Below, piece after piece: positions 1-10,074 of a stretch of DNA of 64,000 nucleotides. The number at the start of each line of letters is the position of its first letter. The stretch's first letter is position 1. The notes under the pieces are model-generated. The model made no database searches, was not told the DNA's origin, and was given only the letters and a program-made list of their open reading frames with translations. Source of the DNA: Thermoanaerobaculia bacterium (GTDB lineage: Bacteria; Acidobacteriota; Thermoanaerobaculia; Multivoradales; UBA5704); assembly GCA_044226625.1 (NCBI GenBank), contig JBGAGQ010000001.1, positions 128,001 to 192,000 on the forward strand. The letters run 5' to 3'. The position numbers and the translations under genes are program-made.

Positions 1-1349
1 AGGCGGAGCACCAACATGTTGGTAAAGAAGCCGACCAGTCCCTCGCTCGCCGGATGGAGCCGGCCGGCGAACGGCACCGAATGGAGCTGGTCGCGTTGCC
101 ACGAGCGGCGGTAGAGCAGCGCGCCCCAGGCGGCGAGAAGGGTCATGAACAGCGTGGCGCCGTGGCCGCGGGCAAGCTCCGCCAGTCCGGCGAGCCGATC
201 GGATGCGAGGAAGAACGAGCGGCTCGCCCCGGGGTTTCGCCCGCCGCGCCCCGCCACGGCGGCCCGATCGGCGATCCCTTCGAGGTGCTGCGGCGCATCG
301 CGCAGCTGGCGTTCCCAGAACGACAGAAGCTCCCGGCCCCGCTCCCCCTCGATCGCCGCGTCCTGGTGGGCGGCGACGTCCGCGTACTGGAGCTCGAGCG
401 GCAGAAACGGCGGCGGTGCGGCCGAGGCGTTGTGGCGAAACGCGCGGTAGAGAGTCGCCAGCTCGCGCAACATGACGCCGATCGACCAACCGTCGGAGGC
501 GATGTGATGCATCGTCAGTACGAACCGATGTCCGGCGGCCCCGAGCAGCAAGCCGCCGCGGAGCATCGCGTCACGCGCGAGGTCGAAGGGTCGCCGCAGA
601 AGTTCCTCGGTGAGCGTGTGCTCCATGCCGGCGAACCGGCGGGGATCGAGCGCCGATCCGTCGATCGTCGCAAACGGCGGCCGCAGCGCTGGATCGACGA
701 TCTGATGCGGCTCGCCGTCGATCGCCTCGAAGCGGGTGCGCAGCACCTCGTGCCGCTCACCGAGCGCGTCGAGCGCGCGACGGAGAGCGGCAACGTCTGG
801 CGAATGCTCGCGCAGGCGGACGACGACCAGCAGGTTGTAGCTCGCGTCCCCCGCGTCGCCCCCCTCCGCCGCCGCTCGAAGCCGATCGAGGTACCAGAGC
901 TGGCGCTGCGCGAGCGACGCCGGGAGCGGCTCGCCCCGCGGGAGACGCACCGGACCGGGCGGAGTGCCGAGCGGGCCTTCGATCCGATCCCGCTCCCGAT
1001 CGTTCGCAGCTGCTGGACCGACGCCCCGCTCCCCTGGCTCCTCGAGCGCCCGCGCCATCGCTCCGAGCGTCGGATGCTCGAACAACAGCCGCGGCGGGAC
1101 CTCGCGCCCTAATCGCTCGCGCACGCGCAGGAGGAGCTGCAGGGCGTGGAGCGAGTGCCCCCCCGATTCGAAGAAGTCGTCGTCGAGGGAGACCTCGGCG
1201 CGGCCGAGGACCTCGCGCCAAAGGTCGGCGAGGCGCAGTTCGAGCGGACTTTCGGGCGTTCGATTCCTCCGTTCCGCGCCATCGCCGATCCGGTCGAGCG
1301 GCCCAGCCTCACCCGCCGATGCGACGGCGCACGACCCCCTGTCCGTCAC
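1..1349 (-). CDS. Non-ribosomal peptide synthetase, N-terminal PCP(T)-C didomain; runs off the left edge
   Basis: Not in the ORF track because its 3' end is open. Manual translation from GTG at 1349 (GTGA overlap with the SDR stop): ...ELRLADLWREVLG...DDDFFESGGHSL (phosphopantetheine site), then C-domain motifs SLAQRQLWYL, RHEVLRTRF, HHIASDGWS, LVGFFTNMLVLR. Confidence 0.93.
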   Translation of the reverse strand, partial: MTDRGSCAVASAGEAGPLDRIGDGAERRNRTPESPLELRLADLWREVLGRAEVSLDDDFFESGGHSLHALQLLLRVRERLGREVPPRLLFEHPTLGAMARALEEPGERGVGPAAANDRERDRIEGPLGTPPGPVRLPRGEPLPASLAQRQLWYLDRLRAAAEGGDAGDASYNLLVVVRLREHSPDVAALRRALDALGERHEVLRTRFEAIDGEPHQIVDPALRPPFATIDGSALDPRRFAGMEHTLTEELLRRPFDLARDAMLRGGLLLGAAGHRFVLTMHHIASDGWSIGVMLRELATLYRAFRHNASAAPPPFLPLELQYADVAAHQDAAIEGERGRELLSFWERQLRDAPQHLEGIADRAAVAGRGGRNPGASRSFFLASDRLAGLAELARGHGATLFMTLLAAWGALLYRRSWQRDQLHSVPFAGRLHPASEGLVGFFTNMLVLR

Positions 1350-2290
1350 GTGCTGACCACGTAGGCGCCGCCGTTCACGGTCAGGTTGTTGCCGGTCGAA
1401 AACGCCGCCCGGCCCGACAGGAACAGGTCGATCGCCTCGAACAACTCGTCCGGCTCGCCGTAGCGCGCCATCGGAAACCCATTGAGAATCCGTCCGCGCA
1501 TCGCTTCGACGCTCGGCAGGTGGGAGAGCCCGGCGTCGATCATCCCGGGCGAGACCGCGTTGATGCTCACCCCGAAGCGCCCGAGCTCCGGCGCGAGATC
1601 GCGCACGAAATGGAGCAGCATCGACTTCGAGACCTTGTAGGGCACGGGATCGAAGACGTCCGGGTTGAGCGCGCCCGAGCTCGACTGGAGGACGATCGCC
1701 CGCCGCCGCCGCAGGTTGTCGAGCCGAGCCTCGGGCCGCGCCCAGCGCCGGCCGAGCTCGTGGAGCGCCTCCCACACGGAGAGCGCGTTCACTTGGACGA
1801 GCGCACGCATCGAGTCGCCTCCGAAGCTCGACGGCGGGCCAACGCGGACGGTAGCGCCGTCCGGCTCGAACGTCGTCGTGCCATGGTTGAACAGGACGGC
1901 GTCGATCTCGGCTGCGCAGTCACCGGACGGGTCGAGCAGCCGGCGGAACGCCGCACCGAAAGCGCCCGGCACGGCGGCGTCGGCGACGAAGCCGTGCAGC
2001 CGGTCGGCGGCGCCGACGATCCCCTCGGCGAGCGGCGCGATGCGTTCCTCGCCGACGCCGAAGCTCGCGTGGGCGAAAACGGTCGCCCCCCGCTCGAGCC
2101 AGCGGCGAGCGAGCGCCGCGCCGATGCCGCGGCTCGCGCCCGTCACCACGACGCTGCGGCCGGCCCAGGAACCGGCTATCTCCGCCTCGGCCCCTGGCTC
2201 GAGCGCGTCGAAGGGGAGGCGAAGCTCGACGCCCGCGGCCGAGTCGCCCCGCTCAAGAATCGCTGCCGGTCGCACGGTAGGCCTCGCCAT
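1346..2290 (-). CDS. Short-chain dehydrogenase/reductase (SDR)
   Basis: TGASRGIG Rossmann motif, YKVSK catalytic YxxxK, NAVSPG, TGNNLTVNGG. Start uncertain (2290 or 2329). Confidence 0.88.
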   Translation of the reverse strand: MARPTVRPAAILERGDSAAGVELRLPFDALEPGAEAEIAGSWAGRSVVVTGASRGIGAALARRWLERGATVFAHASFGVGEERIAPLAEGIVGAADRLHGFVADAAVPGAFGAAFRRLLDPSGDCAAEIDAVLFNHGTTTFEPDGATVRVGPPSSFGGDSMRALVQVNALSVWEALHELGRRWARPEARLDNLRRRRAIVLQSSSGALNPDVFDPVPYKVSKSMLLHFVRDLAPELGRFGVSINAVSPGMIDAGLSHLPSVEAMRGRILNGFPMARYGEPDELFEAIDLFLSGRAAFSTGNNLTVNGGAYVVST

Positions 2291-3368
2291 AGAACTTTCG
2301 GGTAATTCGCGTGTGGAACGTGAGCGCATCGATCGGCTCGTAACGCGGCCGCTCGAAACACGGCAGGACCTCGACCACGTCGGTCTCGCGCAGATAGACG
2401 AAGAGCGGAAACGAGGTGCGCGGCCGGCGGCGCAGCTCGGGATCGCGCGGCGGGCTCACCCGATGGGTCGAGGACCGGAAGAGGTCGTTGGTGATGCATT
2501 GGAGGTAGTCGCCGGCATTGACCACGATCGTTCCCGGCGCGGGGGTCAGGCGAATCCAGCGGCCGGTTTCACGATGAAAGACCTGGAGGCCCTCGACCGG
2601 GCTCGCCGGCAGCAACGTAAAAAGCGTCACGTCCTCGTGACCGAGCAGACGCGCGGCGCCCAGCTTCTCGTCGCTCTCCGAAAGCCCCTGGTAGTAGTTG
2701 AGGCGCAGGGCGCAGAGCGTGTCGCGCAGACGCTCGTCGTAGAGGTCGACCGGACAGCCCAGCTCGCCTAGGATCGCGCGCATGAGGGGCAAGGCGAGAG
2801 GCGCGAGCGTCTGGTAAAGCCGGCGGAAGAAACGCTCGTCTTCCGAATCGGGCCAGAACCTCGCGAGGGCCTCGGCGCTGCCCCCGGATTCGGCGCCGCC
2901 CCCGAGCTGAAACGCCCGGGTCGCGAAGACCCACCCTTCGACCAGATCCGGGTGCGCCTGGGTCGATTTCTTGAACGGAAAATAGCCCTGATTGACCGAG
3001 CCGTGGCGCTGGGCGAGATACCGCGCCTTGACCTCGGCGGGGGTTCGCTCGAAAAGGTTTCGCGTGCGCCGGTCGGCCTCTTCGAACAGCGCCGGGTCGA
3101 TGCCGTGATCGGTGAGATAGACGAAGCCGACGTCGGAGAGCCCTCGGGTGAGCGCCTCGCCGAAGGCCCGGACGTCCGCGGCGTCGCCGCCGTGAAGGCG
3201 GGCGAGGCTCAGGGTTTCGAGCCGGCTGTCCTCCTCGAATTGCTCTGAAGCCTGCTCGGCGTGAAAGTAAACCTTCACTTTGTCGACCTGCTCGAACCGT
3301 CGGTGATCCAGATTCGTCGTGGCCAGGTGGGGGGTGGCGGGAGCCGCGCCGCCGTCGGGTGCGCTCAT
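2253..3368 (-). CDS. Isopenicillin N synthase-family 2OG-Fe(II) oxygenase
   Basis: GFVYLTDHGI, LRLNYY, HED...H(RV) iron triad, RTS co-substrate motif; RBS CAGGAGG. Confidence 0.9.
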   Translation of the reverse strand: MSAPDGGAAPATPHLATTNLDHRRFEQVDKVKVYFHAEQASEQFEEDSRLETLSLARLHGGDAADVRAFGEALTRGLSDVGFVYLTDHGIDPALFEEADRRTRNLFERTPAEVKARYLAQRHGSVNQGYFPFKKSTQAHPDLVEGWVFATRAFQLGGGAESGGSAEALARFWPDSEDERFFRRLYQTLAPLALPLMRAILGELGCPVDLYDERLRDTLCALRLNYYQGLSESDEKLGAARLLGHEDVTLFTLLPASPVEGLQVFHRETGRWIRLTPAPGTIVVNAGDYLQCITNDLFRSSTHRVSPPRDPELRRRPRTSFPLFVYLRETDVVEVLPCFERPRYEPIDALTFHTRITRKFYGEAYRATGSDS

Positions 3369-3503
3369 CGGGTACGTCCTCCTGGGAGGTAAGGCGTCAA
3401 AGGAGGAGCGGGCCTATCAGCGGGACGAGCGCCTCGTCCGCCGCGTACGTTCGAAGATCGGTTTGGGTCGTGCCCTTCGGGAGGAACGACGCGCCCGCGG
3501 GGA

Positions 3504-5288
<1,785 letters not shown>

Positions 5289-5358
5289 GGTGGTCGAAGT
5301 GTATAGGGGGCCGCCCCCCGGTTCCCTCCCCGACGGGGTCGGCCCTTGAACCGTCCAG

Positions 5359-6465
5359 CTACTGCCCGGAGCTCTTGGGCTCCGGATCGGGCAGGGGGTC
5401 TCGAGCCGGCGGCGCGAGATCGAGCGTCGGAGCCGTCGGGTCGCTGATCGAATAGGAGCGGATCAGCCGGCGAGAAGAAACCGGCTCGCCGTCGCCGCCG
5501 CGCGACTTGAGCGCGTAAGAGACGACGTATCGCGGTTCGATCACCACGCTCTGGCCCGGCCCCGCCTCGTCCGGCATCGCGTACATCACCCTCGCCCACG
5601 CGATGTCGGCGTCGGCCCAGGTCGGCACGTCCTGATGGAGGAACCGTTCGCGCGCCTCGTCGCTCTCGATCCGGCGCACCTGCCAACCGCCCGCGCCGAC
5701 CGGCCGCTCGACACCGTCGGCGCCGATCTGCGAGGCGATCGTCACTCCGCCGAAACGAAACTCGGAGAGATGGCCCGCGACGTCGACCGCGAGGCGCAGG
5801 CCGGCGTTCGCGACCTCGATGCCGCCGATCGATCGGCGCAGCGTGAACCGGTAGTCGACGCGGGTCGACTCGAAGGCCGTACTCTCGACCGTGCCCGCGA
5901 GCCTCCAGGCCGAAGCGACCTCGACGGCCCCCCAGTCGTACTGCCGCGCGTCGACCGCGCCGCTCTCCGCGAGCCGATTGAACGCGGCGTGCGCCACCTC
6001 GCGCGCCGTCGCCTCGGTCACCGGCGCGCCGCTCGGCGAGCCGTAGGCCGAGGCAAGGTCGAGGGCGCGAAACTCGTCGTAAGACGGGAGGTAGCGCACC
6101 TGCCAGGTCGGCGCTCCGGGAATCGAGACCACGAAGCGGCGCACCGCGCCCCCGGGCGCATCCTCAGGATGGACCTCGACGGCGCCGGCCGCCGCGCCGA
6201 ACAGCGCCTGGGCGATCGCCTGAGCGCGCGCGGCGATCTGCTCGGGCGTCTTCGAGACCCAAGTCATCTCGAAGCTCGGCACTAGGTCGCCCACCCGCGG
6301 GTCGCGAGGTTGGGCGCCTACCGGCGCGACGCCGGCGAGAAACAAACCGAGGACGAAGGGGAGACCGAAGGCGAGAGAACGTTTGAAATCGGCTCGGCGG
6401 AACACGAGCGCCCGGGCCGCCGCGGGCCGCAGGAGGTTGAGGAAAGTCCAGGTTTTTCCGTTCAT
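5359..6465 (-). CDS. Hypothetical exported protein, partner of the DUF6345-like gene
   Basis: C-terminal part of track ORF 5359..7407; ATG 6465 preceded by AAGGAG; hydrophobic stretch LAFGLPFVLGLFLAGVAPVGA. Confidence 0.7.
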   Translation of the reverse strand: MNGKTWTFLNLLRPAAARALVFRRADFKRSLAFGLPFVLGLFLAGVAPVGAQPRDPRVGDLVPSFEMTWVSKTPEQIAARAQAIAQALFGAAAGAVEVHPEDAPGGAVRRFVVSIPGAPTWQVRYLPSYDEFRALDLASAYGSPSGAPVTEATAREVAHAAFNRLAESGAVDARQYDWGAVEVASAWRLAGTVESTAFESTRVDYRFTLRRSIGGIEVANAGLRLAVDVAGHLSEFRFGGVTIASQIGADGVERPVGAGGWQVRRIESDEARERFLHQDVPTWADADIAWARVMYAMPDEAGPGQSVVIEPRYVVSYALKSRGGDGEPVSSRRLIRSYSISDPTAPTLDLAPPARDPLPDPEPKSSGQ

Positions 6466-6506
6466 GATCGTTCGAGGCTCCTTGCGTGATGGTGGGTGAA
6501 TTCGCA

Positions 6507-7304
6507 TCAACAGCCGCTCGCGCCGTGGTCGATCATCAACGCGCAAGCGGCTCCGAACGGTTCGGGCGGATCGGTCAGCAAGACGCCCACACGCAGTCGC
6601 GCGGCGTTCTGGATCGCAAGGCAGTCGTTGCCGTTCGCGCCGAAGGTCATGGCGATCGGCGAGTTGTCGCCGGTGAACCAACCCGGCCGGTCCTCCATCT
6701 CCTGGATCCATGCGTGCGCGTTGTCCAGGTTGTTCGTCGCCTCGTAGAAGTCGCGCGGCTGGTCGTTCTTGATCGACGGTGAGTTGTGGTACCCGAACGA
6801 CTGGCGGATCTGATTGCGGAAGTGGCGTTGGAGCGCATTGGTGTTGAGCGTGCAGCTGGTGGCGTACATCGCGTAGTCCGCATGGTCGCCCGCGAGCGTT
6901 CCCAGCCGCGCCTGGGTGTCGAGCGTCACAGTGCACATCCCCAGGCGCATGAAACCGAACTGGAGCAGCGCGCGGTTGCCATGTCCGGCGTAGACCGCGA
7001 GCGTCTTGGAGTCGCCGTAAAGGTCGTCGACGCCCGAGATGCCCGGAAAGGTCTGCTCGTAGAAGTCCTGCGGCCATGCGCTCGCGTTGGTGAAGCGCTG
7101 GCCGGTCCAGCCGTCGTTGACGAGGCTCGTGCGCAGGCTGCTCGTCACGTCGTTCAGGTCTGTGTTCTCGCATCCGTTGCCGGTGAAATCGGTCGATTCG
7201 TCGATGTAGAAGCTCTTGCCCGCCGCGCCGGCTCCTTGGAATGCGGCGAGCCAAGGCAAGCAGAAGAACAGCAAGGCGTACGAAGCACTCCTGAGCGGTC
7301 TCAT
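6507..7304 (-). CDS. Secreted DUF6345-like protein, probable caspase/gingipain-fold His-Cys peptidase
   Basis: Signal peptide; AVYAGHGN and MYATSCTL give the GHG...SC spacing of caspase-hemoglobinase fold proteins; RBS AAAGGAAG. Family recalled, not searched. Confidence 0.65.
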   Translation of the reverse strand: MRPLRSASYALLFFCLPWLAAFQGAGAAGKSFYIDESTDFTGNGCENTDLNDVTSSLRTSLVNDGWTGQRFTNASAWPQDFYEQTFPGISGVDDLYGDSKTLAVYAGHGNRALLQFGFMRLGMCTVTLDTQARLGTLAGDHADYAMYATSCTLNTNALQRHFRNQIRQSFGYHNSPSIKNDQPRDFYEATNNLDNAHAWIQEMEDRPGWFTGDNSPIAMTFGANGNDCLAIQNAARLRVGVLLTDPPEPFGAACALMIDHGASGC

Positions 7305-7443
7305 GGATCAGCTTCCTTTCGATTCCGGCTTCGGAGCCGGGTCCTTGAAGCGCAGGAGGGGATTCCTCCAGCGATGTGCGCACGCGCAGCCTCCCCCTCG
7401 ATCGCACGGAAAGCGGCCGAGGGGGGCGGCCGTCGTGCGGTAA

Positions 7444-9945
7444 CTAGATGCCGGTCGGGCTGGGGCAGGTGAGAAGGGCCGCGCCCGCGTCTCCGGACGA
7501 GGAGGTCCCGGGCGCGCCTCGATCCTGCTCCCCTGCGAGGGCGCGCAACGACTCGCCGTCGATCGGGCGTGCCGTCCAGCCGCCGGCCGCGTCACGAGCG
7601 ACGAGAGCGAAATCGGAGCGCGCAAAGAGCGTGGCGACGACCTCTGCCCCCCCGGCGAGCGTCACGGGCGCGACGAACGGCACCGAGCTTTCGCGAGCCA
7701 ATAGCAGGAGCGACCCTCCCCCTTCGAGGCTCGCCGGGAGCACCGAAGACGGCGAGAACGCCTCGGGTGCCCCCCAGAGCGAGGCGACCGCCTCGCTCCC
7801 TCCGAGAGTGCGGAGGAGGATCGTCGGCTCTCCTCGCAGACAACCGCCTTCGGGACAGGAAGGCGGTGACTCGGCGGGTCCGCCGAGGGCACCGTCCGGG
7901 CAAAACTCCGCGGGAAAACCTTCGAGGCTCGAAAACAGCCCGCAGATCGAGAGGGTCGAGAACGTGCGGAGACGCTCTTCGGGATCGGGAGCGGAGACCG
8001 CGAAGGGAGGCCGGCGGTCGGGGTCGAAATCCGCGCTCGCGACCGGAGCCGGCGGTCCTTCTCCGAGCTCCAGAGCGCACGAGAGCGGCAACGTCGCGGC
8101 GCCCCCGTTGCCGCTCGACGCCTCGGCGCCTAGCCGGGTTCCGATCTGGCGCTCGACGAAGGCGAGCGCCGCCCGGTAGGCCCGCTGCACGGCGGGCTCC
8201 TGCCGATCGAGCGCGAGGCCAATCATCTCTTCGGGCCCCTCGGCGAGATTTCGAATCGGAAACGGACCCGGATCCGGGAACGGATCGAAGAGCGCCGTCT
8301 GCGGTGGGCAGTAGAGGTACAGCCCTTCGACCTTGAAGCATGGGTTCGTCGACGTGCCCGGACCTCCTCCGTCATGCGGCTCCGGATCGTGCCCGTAGGT
8401 ATAGTTGACCACCACGGTTCCCGCCACGCCGCCTCGCGTGACCGCCGGATCCGGTAGCTGGATCGTGATCACCGTGCCGCCGCCCACGGGCGCGGCGACG
8501 TTCCATGAGACGTTGAGCGGCTCGGCACCGTCCATCCACCACTTGACGCCTTTTCCACCGACGTTCACCGACTGGATCACCATCCCGGGCGGCGGTGCCT
8601 GGAGGGGTAGCTTGAGCGAAACTTTGTTGCCCGGTACCTTGAGGCTGCGCACCTCCGAGCCGCACATCCCGGTCTTGCCGAAGTTTCGGTAGTAGAAGGT
8701 CCAGGTCTCGGGTGCGAGACTCACGCGGAGCGCAACGGCGAACGCGGGATGGAGCTCGACGTGTCCGTCGTGCCAGCAGTCCAGACCCGGCACCCCCACC
8801 ACCACGGCAAGCGGCGCGGTGCCAAGCGACTCCCGGATTTTGTCCTTTCCCTTCTGGTCGCTCTCGTGGACGGCGGCGTAAAAATCGTTCCAGAACGCTA
8901 CGCCCGGAAGATTGCCCCGGGTGATCGGTTCGAACGTCTCGCTCTCGTCCTGCTCGAAATGGATGCGAGGGTTGTAGTCGGCGAACTCGCCTTTCGCCGG
9001 ATGCATGTTGAACGTGTAGTCGTCGTCGAAACCGTGGTCCTCGAATTCGACCGGCCCGATCATGATCACCGGGTTGTTGACGAAGTCGATCCGCGAAGGC
9101 CGAGTGAGGCAGGAGAACGAAGTCGTCCGATCGATTTCATGCCGCGTGAAATCGCCTCGTCGCGCGTCGCCATGCTCGCAGAAGTCCTTCGTGTCGGTCT
9201 GGGGCATGCAGCGGCCATCCCAGAAGTGCGCGTCGTAACCGCATTTCAGAGCCTGAATTCCCCAGATCGGATTGATTGGCATCTTGTTCCAGAAACCATT
9301 GATCGGCAGGATGTCGAATCGCTTGAGCGCCGACACGTCCGCGCGCGCCGCGCCGTGGAACACGTTGACGTAAAGGTAAGCCGTCCGCTTCGCGCTCGGT
9401 CGCCCAGTCTGCGGATCGACTAGCGGCCAGGCGATGTCGCACTCGGGATTTCCCGCCAGGTTGTTGTTGACGTCGGCGTACGACGGATTGAGTGCAAACG
9501 GATGGAGATAGCCGAGCTCGAACGAAGCCGGTCCCCAGGCCGAGGCGTCGACGAGCAAGGGCTCGTTGAGCACCGTGGCCAGCTTTCGCTGGCGGCCGAT
9601 GAACTGCGCCGTACCGGACAGATAGATCGTGCCGCCCAGGGAATTGAGATCCTTCGCGTAGGGGCTCCAGCTGCCGTTCGCCTGGACGCAGCCCCCAGCG
9701 TTCGAGATCAGGACCTGGTCGCCGGCACGCACGGCGATCTCGGGTACCCTGACCGGCTCGCCCCAGATCTCGCCGGAGATCGGTGGCTCCTCGATCAGGT
9801 ACTGGTCGAAATTCGGGCTGTCCACGATGCGGCTCACCGTGTACGCCGCGGCGGGCCGAACGCCCGCGAGGAGTGCGGTGAGTGCTACGAGCGCCGCGAG
9901 CGATGGACGAAGATGGATGAAACGTAAGGATTTCTGGCCGGTCAT
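7444..9945 (-). CDS. Large secreted multidomain protein of unknown function (833 aa)
   Basis: Signal peptide ending AAA-YT; RBS AAAGGAG; globular Cys/Trp-rich core with DHGFDDDY, HFEQD and GLDCWHDGHVELHP motifs. Confidence 0.8.
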   Translation of the reverse strand: MTGQKSLRFIHLRPSLAALVALTALLAGVRPAAAYTVSRIVDSPNFDQYLIEEPPISGEIWGEPVRVPEIAVRAGDQVLISNAGGCVQANGSWSPYAKDLNSLGGTIYLSGTAQFIGRQRKLATVLNEPLLVDASAWGPASFELGYLHPFALNPSYADVNNNLAGNPECDIAWPLVDPQTGRPSAKRTAYLYVNVFHGAARADVSALKRFDILPINGFWNKMPINPIWGIQALKCGYDAHFWDGRCMPQTDTKDFCEHGDARRGDFTRHEIDRTTSFSCLTRPSRIDFVNNPVIMIGPVEFEDHGFDDDYTFNMHPAKGEFADYNPRIHFEQDESETFEPITRGNLPGVAFWNDFYAAVHESDQKGKDKIRESLGTAPLAVVVGVPGLDCWHDGHVELHPAFAVALRVSLAPETWTFYYRNFGKTGMCGSEVRSLKVPGNKVSLKLPLQAPPPGMVIQSVNVGGKGVKWWMDGAEPLNVSWNVAAPVGGGTVITIQLPDPAVTRGGVAGTVVVNYTYGHDPEPHDGGGPGTSTNPCFKVEGLYLYCPPQTALFDPFPDPGPFPIRNLAEGPEEMIGLALDRQEPAVQRAYRAALAFVERQIGTRLGAEASSGNGGAATLPLSCALELGEGPPAPVASADFDPDRRPPFAVSAPDPEERLRTFSTLSICGLFSSLEGFPAEFCPDGALGGPAESPPSCPEGGCLRGEPTILLRTLGGSEAVASLWGAPEAFSPSSVLPASLEGGGSLLLLARESSVPFVAPVTLAGGAEVVATLFARSDFALVARDAAGGWTARPIDGESLRALAGEQDRGAPGTSSSGDAGAALLTCPSPTGI

Positions 9946-9980
9946 GAAAATCGCTCCTTTCGCCTTCGGGCGGACGAAAG

Positions 9981-9996
9981 AGCATCGAACGTGCCA
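9981..9996 (-). promoter_or_regulatory. Sigma54 (-24/-12) promoter
   Basis: TGGCACGTTCGATGCT matches TGGCACG-N4-TTGC with correct GG-N10-GC spacing, 35 nt upstream of the 9945 start. Confidence 0.75.
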
Positions 9997-10074
9997 TGGG
10001 ACCGCGAAGGCCGTCCCCCTCTGGGCTTCCCGGGAGAATTCCTCCTCGCTCGTCCCGCGCGCGGGACGGTTCTC

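Noticed and set aside
54-1112. 352 aa plus-strand ORF
   Set aside because: Antisense shadow of the NRPS T-C region
5359-7407. Track ORFs with long N-terminal extensions (also 14489..17242, 34242..36917, 39363..41057, 43710..45989)
   Set aside because: The extensions overlap real upstream genes in another frame; true starts are supported by an RBS or ATGA/GTGA coupling
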